A DNA stretch of 64,000 bases from positions 106,626-170,625 of the forward strand of contig CAYPSS010000003.1 in the NCBI GenBank assembly GCA_964413735.1, read 5' to 3'. The position numbers and the translations under genes are program-made. Shown here one piece after another: positions 35,341 to 44,795 of this stretch; position 1 is the stretch's first letter; every line of letters starts with the position of its first letter. The notes under the pieces are model-generated. The model had not been told where the DNA came from. It saw only the letters and a program-made list of their open reading frames with translations, and searched no databases. The stretch is from an uncultured Gammaproteobacteria bacterium (GTDB lineage Bacteria; Patescibacteriota; Patescibacteriia; UBA11705).

Positions 35341-36417
35341 ATGTTTGAAACACTTTCTCAAAAATTAAAAGCCAATTTCACTCCCGAACAGCAGGATTAT
35401 TACTTGCAATTGGAAAATGAATTAAAAGAACTTTTGGGCGGTCAAACGCAGGAGGAAGTACTTGCCAGTGGCGATCCGGAAATTATCCAACAAATTTTGA
35501 AGATCAAGCAAGAAATGCTTAATTTTGTGTTAACCAAGAAGACCAGGGAAATGGTGAAACAAGAAGAAAAAGAACAAGAAGAAAGAATATTGAGACAAAG
35601 AGAAAAAGAATTAGAAAAAGAAAGACAAGCAGTAAGTTTAGATGAAATAGAAAGAAAGCAAAAGGCGGGAGTAAGATTGACTGATAATGAACTAAAGTTT
35701 TTATATCGGATTGATGGATTTGGTTTGCCTTCTTTATCTAGTTATGAGAATAAAAAACGAGTAGAAAAGATTATAAATCAACGAAATGTTAAGGAAGATG
35801 TTTCTTATGTTTTAGGTTGTTTTGAAGATCAAGTAAGTTTAACGCAAGATCAGTTTTTAGACGGTGTAGATATCGAATATCATTATGGTAATTTAGATTT
35901 TCGAAATTTAAATATTTTATCTGATTGGCAATTACCCAAATATATTCATGGAACTCTTGATTTGGGTGGGTTAACTGAAGGATCAAATATAATTAATAGT
36001 CAATTACCTCAAGGCATAGGTTATACTTTGAATATGGAGAGATTGTGGTCAGCTGTTGATTTGGTTTTTCCTAAATATGTGGGCGATTTCAATATTATGA
36101 ACCTAACCAGAATTGAAAATGTTAAATTCCCTTATCGAGTTGCCGGTGATTTTCATGTTAGTTGTTTGTTAATGAAAAAAGGAGTTGAATTACCAAAGAT
36201 TATTTTAGGTAGCATTTATTTGTATGGTACAAGATTGCCGAGTGATTTTGAAATACCGAAAAATTTTGAGGGAAGATTGGTGTTTGATGCTTTGACCAGT
36301 TCAGAAGGTCTAGAAATACCATTCGGCGTTAAATCAGTTATTTTTTACATGATGCCAATTGATGAAATTGAAAAATTAAGAAAAAAATTCCCACATTCAA
36401 ATTTTGAAAAAAATTAA
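35341..36417 (+). CDS. LRR-like repeat protein, paralog 3 (probable start 35341)
   Basis: MFETLSQKLKANFTPEQQDYY aligns with the paralog starts; diverged repeats. Confidence 0.8.
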   Translation: MFETLSQKLKANFTPEQQDYYLQLENELKELLGGQTQEEVLASGDPEIIQQILKIKQEMLNFVLTKKTREMVKQEEKEQEERILRQREKELEKERQAVSLDEIERKQKAGVRLTDNELKFLYRIDGFGLPSLSSYENKKRVEKIINQRNVKEDVSYVLGCFEDQVSLTQDQFLDGVDIEYHYGNLDFRNLNILSDWQLPKYIHGTLDLGGLTEGSNIINSQLPQGIGYTLNMERLWSAVDLVFPKYVGDFNIMNLTRIENVKFPYRVAGDFHVSCLLMKKGVELPKIILGSIYLYGTRLPSDFEIPKNFEGRLVFDALTSSEGLEIPFGVKSVIFYMMPIDEIEKLRKKFPHSNFEKN

Positions 36418-36434
36418 TTAGCTAATTATATTTT

Positions 36435-37175
36435 ATGAGTAGTGAATTTCCACCCGTATCAACTCCATTATCTGATGATGAAAATTATCAAGGAACGGGA
36501 ATGAGTAAAACGAAATTTTTTCGTGATGCTCATAAGCATGGTTGGGGACATCATCGACATGAGCATGTGGTTGATACCGGTGATTTGGAAACCCGTCGTC
36601 AAATAGAGCGAGATGTGAGAATAGAAAAAACCGGTGAAACAACGCCAAACATTAAATTAATCAAACAAATCAGGCAACAGGTACAATCAATTGAATTGGA
36701 TCCACAGGTTAAAGGCCAGGATCTTGAAATTCAGTCAGCCGAATTGGAAAAAAGGAAAAAAACCGCCTTGAAAATGATTGAAGAAGCTTTGAGCAATGCC
36801 AAAGATTATGTAGTGATTATTCAAGCTTTGTCTTCATACAAAAATGCTAACCGTGATACCGCTGATCGCGCGCAATGGCAAGCGGAAGTGGAGCGTCAAG
36901 ATTTGGCGCGTCGTTTGAAACATAACGCCTTGATTGACTCTTTGCGAATCGTGGCGCGTTATATTCGCAATAATTTCGGGATATTAAGTGAAAAACAATT
37001 GGAAAAGTTTATTGATGAGCAGGAAGAACGAGGTTTCGAAATTTTAGAAGTCAAACGAGTGGCTTTCCCGGAAAAAATGTTGTGTCCCGATTGGGTGAAT
37101 TATGACCAGCGAGAATCAATTACCGAATGGGCGATACAGTTAACCGAAGAACTGGGCGCTATGGATTCAAAATAA
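36435..37175 (+). CDS. Hypothetical protein, possibly DUF3232-like
   Basis: Helical; ERQDLARRLKHNALIDSL motif. Confidence 0.55.
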   Translation: MSSEFPPVSTPLSDDENYQGTGMSKTKFFRDAHKHGWGHHRHEHVVDTGDLETRRQIERDVRIEKTGETTPNIKLIKQIRQQVQSIELDPQVKGQDLEIQSAELEKRKKTALKMIEEALSNAKDYVVIIQALSSYKNANRDTADRAQWQAEVERQDLARRLKHNALIDSLRIVARYIRNNFGILSEKQLEKFIDEQEERGFEILEVKRVAFPEKMLCPDWVNYDQRESITEWAIQLTEELGAMDSK

Positions 37176-37182
37176 ACAAAAT

Positions 37183-37205
37183 AAGAGAGCGTTGCTCTCT
37201 TTTTT
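37183..37205. terminator. Bidirectional terminator (also ends cassette 4)
   Basis: aagagagc-gtt-gctctctt flanked by A and T tracts between convergent genes. Confidence 0.75.
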
Positions 37206-37206
37206 A

Positions 37207-37458
37207 TTATTGACCACGACGAGTCATATCAAGACAATGTGTCCAAACCATTTTTCGCAGTTCCGGCAGAGAAATTGGAATGGTGCAAAATTCACGAAGT
37301 TGCTCAATTTTTTCATTGATTCTTCGGTTACTCATAGCCAGATCTTTATCGCAACCAGTCATATTTCGGATACCGTTTGCCAAAAGTTCATCGAAAATGT
37401 CTGAAACCAACTTACGCGCATGCGGATGATCCTTGGTAATTTGTTCCAATCTTTGCAT
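37207..37458 (-). CDS. Orphan protein, 83 aa (cassette 4)
   Basis: AAGGAGGG just upstream of ATG, own promoter, convergent terminator. Confidence 0.75.
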   Translation of the reverse strand: MQRLEQITKDHPHARKLVSDIFDELLANGIRNMTGCDKDLAMSNRRINEKIEQLREFCTIPISLPELRKMVWTHCLDMTRRGQ

Positions 37459-37523
37459 TTTCCCTCCTTTTGGGAAAAGATTGGGAAACAGGTTATATTA
37501 GCTGGTTTTTTATTATTTGTCAA
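37459..37523 (-). promoter_or_regulatory. Sigma70 promoter and SD of cassette 4
   Basis: Minus strand TTGACA(37523-37518)-17 bp-TAATAT(37500-37495); leader ttttccc-aaaagga-gggaaaa(tg) hairpin. Confidence 0.8.
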
Positions 37524-37622
37524 TAGTTGATTGAAAAACTCAATTTGAGGTGGAAAATTATAATAAATTATTTTACCCGGTCAAAGAAAAATGATATAAT
37601 ATATTTGGTATAAATATAATTT

Positions 37623-37826
37623 ATGAATTTTTTTATTTTGGGACATACTTTACAAACAATCGGAGCTATTGCCATTGCTTTTACTGTCCTGCGCGTGCAT
37701 CAGCGCATGAAATTGGAAAGGAAAATTGATGCTAAAGTTTTTAAGGAAATAAAACTGGAACAATCAGTGGTGACTTTTAGCATTATTTTTATTTTTGTTG
37801 GATATTTACTGCTTATTATATCATGA
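37623..37826 (+). CDS. Small two-TM hypothetical protein
   Basis: 67 aa; LRVHQRMKLERKIDAKVF between two hydrophobic helices. Confidence 0.65.
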   Translation: MNFFILGHTLQTIGAIAIAFTVLRVHQRMKLERKIDAKVFKEIKLEQSVVTFSIIFIFVGYLLLIIS

Positions 37827-37830
37827 GGGG

Positions 37831-38673
37831 ATGAATAACAACTACGAAAAATTAAAGGATTTGGCGCGCCAAATCAGACAAGAAATTATTGTTATGATTA
37901 ACAATGCTGGTTCGGGCCATCCGGCATCGGCTTTGGGTTTGACGGAAATTTTTTGTGCTTTGTATTTCCAAATTATGCGTCATCAGTCGAAAAATCCCGA
38001 TTGGCCACAGCGTGATCGGTTGGTTTTATCGGCCGGCCATATTTGCGCGGTTCAATATGTGACAATGGCTTATGCCGGTTATTTTCCTCTGACGGAATTA
38101 AAAACTTTTCGAAAAATTAGTTCTCGTTTGCAGGGTCATCCGCATAATTTATCTTTGCCGGGAATAGAAAATTCTTCCGGTCCTTTGGGGCAAGGAATTT
38201 CGCAAGCGGTTGGTATGGCATTAAGTGATAAATTGGAAAAAAACAATCGATTTGTTTATTGCCTTTGCAGTGATGGAGAAATGAATGAAGGACAATTTTG
38301 GGAAGCGTTAATGAGTGCTAATAAATATCAGTTAAATAATTTGATTATTATTATTGATCGTAACCATATCCAAATTGATGGTCGAACGGAAGATATTATG
38401 CCTCTTGAACCGGTGGACAAGAAACTACGTTCTTTTGTTGATTTGGTGATCGAAATAAATGGCCATGATTTTGCGGAAATTTTCAATGCCGTGAAAATTG
38501 CCCAAAAAAATTCTCACGGACCGACAGTGATTTTAGCTCGGACTGTGCCGGGAAAAGGCGTTTCTTTTATGGAGAATGATCCTGTGTGGCATGGAAAAGC
38601 ACCCAGTATTAAACAAGCAAAAAGAGCTTTGAAGCAATTAAAAACCAAACGAGTGGTTGGTTTACCTTTTTAG
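37831..38673 (+). CDS. Transketolase, N-terminal subunit
   Basis: SGHP, RDRLVLSAGH, LQGHP, SDGEMNEG TPP motif, WHGKAP. Confidence 0.93.
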   Translation: MNNNYEKLKDLARQIRQEIIVMINNAGSGHPASALGLTEIFCALYFQIMRHQSKNPDWPQRDRLVLSAGHICAVQYVTMAYAGYFPLTELKTFRKISSRLQGHPHNLSLPGIENSSGPLGQGISQAVGMALSDKLEKNNRFVYCLCSDGEMNEGQFWEALMSANKYQLNNLIIIIDRNHIQIDGRTEDIMPLEPVDKKLRSFVDLVIEINGHDFAEIFNAVKIAQKNSHGPTVILARTVPGKGVSFMENDPVWHGKAPSIKQAKRALKQLKTKRVVGLPF

Positions 38674-38674
38674 T

Positions 38675-39622
38675 ATGATTAATTTTTCCAAAAATAAAAT
38701 GTTAGCTATGCGTGATGCTTTTGGTGAAGCATTGGTTGAGGCCGGGAGAAAAAATAACAATATTGTAGCGTTAACCGCTAATTTGGAGGAGTCAACACGT
38801 TTATCGGCTTTTCATCAAGAGTTTCCTGATCGGTTTTTTGATTTGGGTGTGGCGGAACAAAATTTGATTGGCGTTGCTGCCGGTTTGGCTTTGTCTGATA
38901 AAATTCCTTTTATTACCAGTTTTGGCGTATTTTCTCCGGGGAGAAATTGGGATCAGCTTCGAATTAGCGTGTGTTATAGTCGAGCGAATGTGAAAATCGT
39001 TGCCACTCATTGTGGTTTGTCGGTGGGACAAGATGGGGCTTCACATCAAGCGTTGGAAGATTTGGCCATTACTCGTTGTTTACCGAATTTGATTGTTTTG
39101 GCGCCGGCAGATTATTATGAAACCAAGCAGGTTATTCAGCAAGCGATTATTCATCAAGGACCGGTTTATATTCGTTTACCGCGCAGTGAAACGCCAATAA
39201 TTTTTGATTCCACCGTTGATTTTAAAATCGGTCAAGCGCAAATTTTGCAATCAGGAACAGATTTGACTATTTTTGCTTACGGACCAATGCTGGCTATCGC
39301 CTTACAAACAGCGCAAATATTAAAATCGTTTGGTTTAATGACTGAAGTGATTAATATTTCCAGTATTAAACCTTTGCCGGAAAAAATAGTTATTAATTCG
39401 GCAAAAAAAACAAAATTTGTTGTATCAATCGAAGACCATCAAATTTTCGGAGGATTGGGAAGTGCGGTGGCGGAGTTATTATCAGAAAAGCAACCGACAA
39501 AAATGATGATTTTCGGTGTGCCGGATAAATTCGGTGAATCCGGTCAACTGGCGGAATTGTATGAAAAATTCGGATTAACTCCAACCTTGATCGCCGGGAA
39601 ACTCAAAAAAGTTTTACTGTAA
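38675..39622 (+). CDS. Transketolase, C-terminal subunit
   Basis: GVAEQN, GQDGASHQ, GPVYIR, IEDHQIFGGLGSAVAE. Confidence 0.93.
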   Translation: MINFSKNKMLAMRDAFGEALVEAGRKNNNIVALTANLEESTRLSAFHQEFPDRFFDLGVAEQNLIGVAAGLALSDKIPFITSFGVFSPGRNWDQLRISVCYSRANVKIVATHCGLSVGQDGASHQALEDLAITRCLPNLIVLAPADYYETKQVIQQAIIHQGPVYIRLPRSETPIIFDSTVDFKIGQAQILQSGTDLTIFAYGPMLAIALQTAQILKSFGLMTEVINISSIKPLPEKIVINSAKKTKFVVSIEDHQIFGGLGSAVAELLSEKQPTKMMIFGVPDKFGESGQLAELYEKFGLTPTLIAGKLKKVLL

Positions 39623-39669
39623 TTATTTTTGAGTGTTAAAGAAAATTATGGTATAATTATTTAAGATTT

Positions 39670-40053
39670 ATGGTAACTCAAAATATTTTTTTCAAAACAG
39701 CGAAATTTATTGCCAAAGATTTGATTTTGGATGTTTTGTATTGGCCGATTTGGTGGTATTCCGGTGGGATGGTTCGAGCTTGGCAAAGAATGATTGATAC
39801 CATCAAACAGGGAAACGATGAATTGGCGTTGTTGGTGTGGATGAAAAATATATTTCGCCCAATGTTCGGAGATTATTCTTTTCAAGGAAGGCTGATCAGT
39901 TTTTTTATGCGAGTGATTCAGATTATCGGTCGAGGAATTTTCTTTTTGTTTTGGGTAGCATTTGCCTTTTTATGGTTTTTGGTATGGCTTGCTTTGCCTT
40001 TATTTATTTTAGCCCAACTTTTAATCAGTTTAGGATTGGTTAAATTATTATGA
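39670..40053 (+). CDS. Membrane hypothetical protein coupled to the downstream Clp ATPase
   Basis: YWPIWWYS, WMKNIFRPMFGD; ATGA overlap with next gene. Confidence 0.7.
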   Translation: MVTQNIFFKTAKFIAKDLILDVLYWPIWWYSGGMVRAWQRMIDTIKQGNDELALLVWMKNIFRPMFGDYSFQGRLISFFMRVIQIIGRGIFFLFWVAFAFLWFLVWLALPLFILAQLLISLGLVKLL

Positions 40054-42821
40054 CGGAAAATTATAATCAAGAAAAAAATCTAATTGAATTTATTGTTTGC
40101 TCTAATTGTGACGGGCGAGGTTTTATTCAAAATGCCAAATGTCCGGTTTGTGGCGGTTTGGCAACGGTTGCTCATTTGAATGGGAAATATTTGTATTGGG
40201 GAAAAAAGATAGATCGTTTTAATATCATGACCGATCGAACAATCAATGTTATTAATAAAGTCATTAATTTGTTGTTAATGCTCTTTGGTTTGTTTGGTGT
40301 TTTTACGGTGGCTTATGTGGCTTTTCAAAATCAATTCATGGAAATACTCAGGCTGGATTATTGGCGTACTCCTTCATGGGAAAAGGCGATTTTTTGGACC
40401 GCGGTTTTGCTTAGTTTGTATTTGTATTATCGCTTGGCCATGGAAAGCTCTCCTCGGAAAAGTGTGCTTTTAAAACTGACGAAAAAAAACATTATTAATC
40501 AGTCGCAAGATTGGCAAGCTATCAAGCGACAGCCAAAGCGAAATTTAATTGATGTTTCTTTGGCGTTTGATCAATCGGCGCTCAGATTGGTGGAAGAGGC
40601 TTGGTTTTTGGCGCGGAGTTTTAATCAAGCAAAATTGGAGCGAGTGCATTTTTTTGCCACTTTACCGGCATTTGATTCGGGTGCGTTGATTTTCGGGCGA
40701 TTGGGAATTCGTTTTGATGTTTTCAAAGAAAAAATCGGTCGATTAATGAGTTGGCATTTGCAACAAAAAGGTTCAACTACCGATTTGGCGCCGGAAATTT
40801 ATCGTTTGTTGATTGGGGCATATTTTTTGGCTTATCGGGAGAACAAAAGCAAGGTGGAAATTGAGGAAATAATATTAAGTTTGGTAACCAAAGAAAATTA
40901 TCCACCGGAAGTTTTATCCCAAGATTATGTAGAGAAAATTTTAATTGATTTGGAGTTAAATTATCAAAAGGTTATCAATGTGGTGGAGTGGAGCCGTTTG
41001 CAACAAAAAATGCGGACCAATTTATCGCGTTTTCGTTCTCGGGCACGATATAAACCGAAATCCGGCCTGGATCGAGCAATGACCGGAATCGCCACCCCAT
41101 ATTTGGATCAATTCAGTGAAGATTTAACCAAGTTGGCACGCGCCGGTTACCTGTTCCCGTGTATTGGGCGTGAAGCGGAATTTGAACAAATATTTCGAGT
41201 GTTTGAAGGGAGTCGCGATGGAGTTTTACTTCTTGGTAATCCGGGGGTGGGACGTACCACCATTATTGAAGGTTTAGCGCAACGTATGGTGGAAGAATCT
41301 GTGCCTGAAGCATTGCAAGATAAGAGGTTGGTGAGAATCAGTTTGTCTCAATTGATTAGTGGTGTGACACCGGCCATGGCACAAGAGCGCTTTTTGTTGA
41401 TTATCAACGAAGTGGCACAATCGCAAAATATTGTGGTTGTGGTGGAAGATTTGCATAACGCGGTGGGAATTAGTGGCGAGGGAAGTAATTTGGATTTGTC
41501 GGAAGTTTTTGCTGAAGTATTAAAGAAAAACTTATTTTTAGTGGTGGCCACCAGTACGCCCGGTGATTATACTTCTTACATTGAACGACGCTCCTTAGGT
41601 GAGGTTTTTCAGCCAATTAAAGTAAAGGAATTGGAGTTAAATGATGCGATTCAAGTATTGGAAGCTAAAAGCGGACCGATTGAATACAAAAACAATGTAT
41701 ATTTTTCTTATGATAGTATTGAAAAAGCGGCGGTCTTATCCGATAAATATTTACATGATCAATATTTGCCGGAAAAAGCTTTAACTATTTTGGAAAATGT
41801 GGCGGTTAAGGTCAGTAAAGAAAAAGGCCCTCGTTCAGTGATTACCGCCGAAGATGTGGCGGTACTAATTGCAGAACAAACGGGTATTCAGGTTAGAAAA
41901 GTAACTGAATCCGAAGCGGATAAATTATTGAATTTGGAGCAAAATATTCATGCCCGTGTGATTGGTCAGGATGAAGCGGTGAAAATGGTGTCTGCCAGCT
42001 TGCGTCGTTCACGCGCGGAATTGCGTGATGAAAAACGACCGATTTCCAGTATGTTATTTTTAGGTCCGACCGGTGTGGGTAAAACCGAATTGGCGAAAAC
42101 CGTGGCTGAAGTTTACTTCGGTGCCGAGGATACCATGTTGCGATTTGATATGAGTGAATATCAAGAGCAGAGTAGTATCGGTCGTTTAATTGGAACTCCG
42201 GAAACCAATGGTATTTTGACCGAAGCAGTCAGACAAAAGCCTTTTTCTCTTGTTTTATTCGATGAGGTGGAAAAAGCTCATCGCGATATTTTAAATTTAT
42301 TTTTGCAAGTCATGGATGATGGTCGTTTAACTGACGGAAGAGGTAATACCATTGATTTTACCAATACTATTATTATTATGACCAGTAATGCGGGTGCGCA
42401 AATCATTCAGGATGATATTCGTGCCGGCGTGGAAATGGAAACTATTAAACAAAAATTAATCAACGAACAATTGAAAGCTTATTTTCGTCCGGAATTACTT
42501 AATCGATTTGATGGTATTATTGTTTTCACCCCATTAACCATGAATGAAATAATTGCCATTGCCAGATTATTGGCGAAAAAAATAATCAAAAAATTGGAAG
42601 ACAAAGAAATATATTTAACGATTTCCGATGCCGCGATCGCTGAGCTTGCGGAAATGGGTTATGACCCGCAATTTGGGGCGCGTCCGCTTCGTCGGGTGAT
42701 TCAAGAAAGGGTGGATGATTTACTGGCCAATGCTTTGCTAACCGGCAAGGTGACTCGACGCGATAAAATCACATTGGAACCAGGTGGTGAATTAAAAATA
42801 GAAAAGGCGGAAAGTATTTAA
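40050..42821 (+). CDS. Membrane-anchored Clp-family AAA+ ATPase with N-terminal zinc finger
   Basis: CSNCDGRG..CPVCGG, two TM helices, degenerate AAA1 (GNPGVGRT, VEDLH), intact AAA2 (GPTGVGKT, FDEVEKAH). Confidence 0.85.
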   Translation: MTENYNQEKNLIEFIVCSNCDGRGFIQNAKCPVCGGLATVAHLNGKYLYWGKKIDRFNIMTDRTINVINKVINLLLMLFGLFGVFTVAYVAFQNQFMEILRLDYWRTPSWEKAIFWTAVLLSLYLYYRLAMESSPRKSVLLKLTKKNIINQSQDWQAIKRQPKRNLIDVSLAFDQSALRLVEEAWFLARSFNQAKLERVHFFATLPAFDSGALIFGRLGIRFDVFKEKIGRLMSWHLQQKGSTTDLAPEIYRLLIGAYFLAYRENKSKVEIEEIILSLVTKENYPPEVLSQDYVEKILIDLELNYQKVINVVEWSRLQQKMRTNLSRFRSRARYKPKSGLDRAMTGIATPYLDQFSEDLTKLARAGYLFPCIGREAEFEQIFRVFEGSRDGVLLLGNPGVGRTTIIEGLAQRMVEESVPEALQDKRLVRISLSQLISGVTPAMAQERFLLIINEVAQSQNIVVVVEDLHNAVGISGEGSNLDLSEVFAEVLKKNLFLVVATSTPGDYTSYIERRSLGEVFQPIKVKELELNDAIQVLEAKSGPIEYKNNVYFSYDSIEKAAVLSDKYLHDQYLPEKALTILENVAVKVSKEKGPRSVITAEDVAVLIAEQTGIQVRKVTESEADKLLNLEQNIHARVIGQDEAVKMVSASLRRSRAELRDEKRPISSMLFLGPTGVGKTELAKTVAEVYFGAEDTMLRFDMSEYQEQSSIGRLIGTPETNGILTEAVRQKPFSLVLFDEVEKAHRDILNLFLQVMDDGRLTDGRGNTIDFTNTIIIMTSNAGAQIIQDDIRAGVEMETIKQKLINEQLKAYFRPELLNRFDGIIVFTPLTMNEIIAIARLLAKKIIKKLEDKEIYLTISDAAIAELAEMGYDPQFGARPLRRVIQERVDDLLANALLTGKVTRRDKITLEPGGELKIEKAESI

Positions 42822-42835
42822 ATTTTAAAATATGA

Positions 42836-42860
42836 AAAAGCTTCGCGTGGCGAAGCTTTT
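42836..42860. terminator. Bidirectional terminator (also ends cassette 5)
   Basis: aaaagcttcg-cgtgg-cgaagctttt. Confidence 0.8.
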
Positions 42861-42869
42861 GATTTTGGT

Positions 42870-43097
42870 TTAACAAGAAAGATCATAAATTTTCTTAATG
42901 GCGCCGGTTCGAATTCTGACAGTTCCATGTTCAACATTTTCATTAATAATTTCAATGGAGTTATCCGGGAAAATGCGAGTTAAGGTACCGCGAAAAATCG
43001 GGAATTCGCTGTAGGAAGTGTGAATTTCAATGTATTTGCCGATAAGATCTTGATAATTTGGTCTTTTACCGGTACTTGGTGAAGTTCGTGAAAGCAT
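42870..43097 (-). CDS. Orphan 75-aa protein, possible Sm/LSm-like fold (cassette 5; probable start 43097)
   Basis: GAGGAG SD before ATG; DLIGKYIEI...FRGTL...GTVRIRTGAIKKI pattern. Confidence 0.65.
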   Translation of the reverse strand: MLSRTSPSTGKRPNYQDLIGKYIEIHTSYSEFPIFRGTLTRIFPDNSIEIINENVEHGTVRIRTGAIKKIYDLSC

Positions 43098-43150
43098 GAT
43101 CTCCTCATGTTTGATTTTTTTATGATATAACAAATCAGGTAATTAGTCAA
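43098..43150 (-). promoter_or_regulatory. Sigma70 promoter and SD of cassette 5
   Basis: Minus strand TTGACT(43150-43145)-17 bp-TATCAT(43127-43122); catga-GGAGA-tcatg hairpin covering the start codon. Confidence 0.75.
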
Positions 43151-43198
43151 TTGTAAATTATTGAAAAAATAATTGAATTCAGTTAAAATGCCAGTATT

Positions 43199-44299
43199 AT
43201 GACCATAATTGATTATTTATTTCCATTTTTTCTGAGCTTTATTTTTGGGTTGTTGATAACGCCATTCGTTATTTGGTTAGCGAGAAAATATAATGTTATT
43301 GATCATCCGAACAATGAAAGGAAAATTCATCGGAAAAATATTCCACTCATGGGTGGTTTGGCGATATTTTTAGCGGTCAATGGCGCGTTAGCGGTTTATT
43401 ATTATTTTAGCAATCAATTGTTTGATGGTTCATTTAAACCGAAAAATTTAATTGGTATATTAATTGCCGGGATGATTTTAATGATAGGTGGAATTCTAGA
43501 TGACAAATTTAATCTTAAACCAAAATTGCAATTACTGTTTCCTTTATTGGCAATTATGAGCATTATTGTTAGCGGTATTGGCATTGATTGGGTGGCCAAT
43601 CCTTTTAATAGTCAAGAATTGTGGCGACTGGATGAGTCGGTGACTATTTTGTTCTGGTTTCAAGGATTGCCATATAAATTAACCTTATTTGCCGATATTT
43701 TTACTTTAATTTGGCTGATGGCCATGATGTATACTACCAAGTTACTTGATGGCTTGGATGGTTTGGTCAGTGGTTTGGCGGTCATTGGATCATTGTTTAT
43801 ATTTTTAGCTTCGTTAGTGGTGGAAAATCCTCAATATAATGTGGCTTTGCTGGCCTTGATTTTTGCCGGAGCGGTTTTGGCTTTTTGGCTGTTTAATTTT
43901 AATCCGGCCAAAGTATTTTTGGGTGAAGGAGGTAGTTTGTATATTGGTTTTATGCTTGGGGTGTTATCTATCATTAGTGGTAGCAAGGTGGCGATAACCC
44001 TGATTATTATGGGGATTCCTTTGCTTGATATGCTTTGGACTATTGTTCGGCGTTTAATGGAACACAAAAATCCTTTGACTTCAGCGGACAAAAAGCATTT
44101 GCACCATCGATTTTTAGCCGCCGGTTTTTCAGTTAAGCAAACCAGTTTAATTTTGTATATTATTTCGCTAATTTTAGGCGTTTCTGCCTTGCTATTACAA
44201 CAATATAATTACGGATATTTAGTGGTGGGCTTGGCCGTTTTGTTATTTTTCATGTTAATTACCGGATATTTGTATAAAATTACCAAAGAAAAGTCATGA
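43199..44299 (+). CDS. Undecaprenyl-phosphate GlcNAc-1-phosphate transferase (WecA/TagO, MraY family)
   Basis: RKIH...PLMGGLAI, LDDK, LDGLDGL, FNFNPAKVFLG, DKKHLHHR. Confidence 0.9.
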   Translation: MTIIDYLFPFFLSFIFGLLITPFVIWLARKYNVIDHPNNERKIHRKNIPLMGGLAIFLAVNGALAVYYYFSNQLFDGSFKPKNLIGILIAGMILMIGGILDDKFNLKPKLQLLFPLLAIMSIIVSGIGIDWVANPFNSQELWRLDESVTILFWFQGLPYKLTLFADIFTLIWLMAMMYTTKLLDGLDGLVSGLAVIGSLFIFLASLVVENPQYNVALLALIFAGAVLAFWLFNFNPAKVFLGEGGSLYIGFMLGVLSIISGSKVAITLIIMGIPLLDMLWTIVRRLMEHKNPLTSADKKHLHHRFLAAGFSVKQTSLILYIISLILGVSALLLQQYNYGYLVVGLAVLLFFMLITGYLYKITKEKS

Positions 44300-44307
44300 A
44301 CAAGACT

Positions 44308-44336
44308 TGACTTAATGAAAATTATTGTGTATTATA
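44308..44336 (+). promoter_or_regulatory. Sigma70 promoter of rplU
   Basis: TTGACT-17 bp-TATTAT with TG extension; no SD before the ATG. Confidence 0.65.
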
Positions 44337-44364
44337 TACGCAGACTATTTATTAACTACAAAAT

Positions 44365-44751
44365 ATGAATTTAGCAGTAATCAAAACAGGTGGCAAGCAA
44401 TATAAAGTCACACAAGGACAAGTATTAAAAGTGGAAAAACTCGTCGGTGAAAAAGGTGATAAAATAAATTTTGATCAGGTTTTATTAATGGCCAAGGCTG
44501 ATGGCAGTGAAGTGGTGGTTGGTCAACCAACGGTGGAAGGTAAAACCATTGAAGCGGAAATTTTGGAACAAGGCCGTGATCGAAAAGTCCGAGTGGTAAA
44601 ATACAAAGCTAAAGTTCGTTATCACAAAGTTTATGGTCATCGTCAACATTTTACCAAGGTAAAAATCAGTGGTTTGGAACAAGCCGTCACTTCAGCGCCG
44701 AAAAAAGCTACGGTTAAAAAAACAACGACCAAAAAAACAGCAACAAAATAA
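44365..44751 (+). CDS. rplU: 50S ribosomal protein L21 with Lys/Thr-rich tail
   Basis: AVIKTGGKQYKV, GHRQHFTKVKI. Confidence 0.97.
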   Translation: MNLAVIKTGGKQYKVTQGQVLKVEKLVGEKGDKINFDQVLLMAKADGSEVVVGQPTVEGKTIEAEILEQGRDRKVRVVKYKAKVRYHKVYGHRQHFTKVKISGLEQAVTSAPKKATVKKTTTKKTATK

Positions 44752-44761
44752 ATTCTTATAT

Positions 44762-44795
44762 AAAAAAAACAGCGCTTTCCAAGCGTTGTTTTTTT
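44762..44795. terminator. Bidirectional terminator between rplU and recR
   Basis: aaaaaaacagcgct-ttcca-agcgttgttttttt. Confidence 0.75.
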
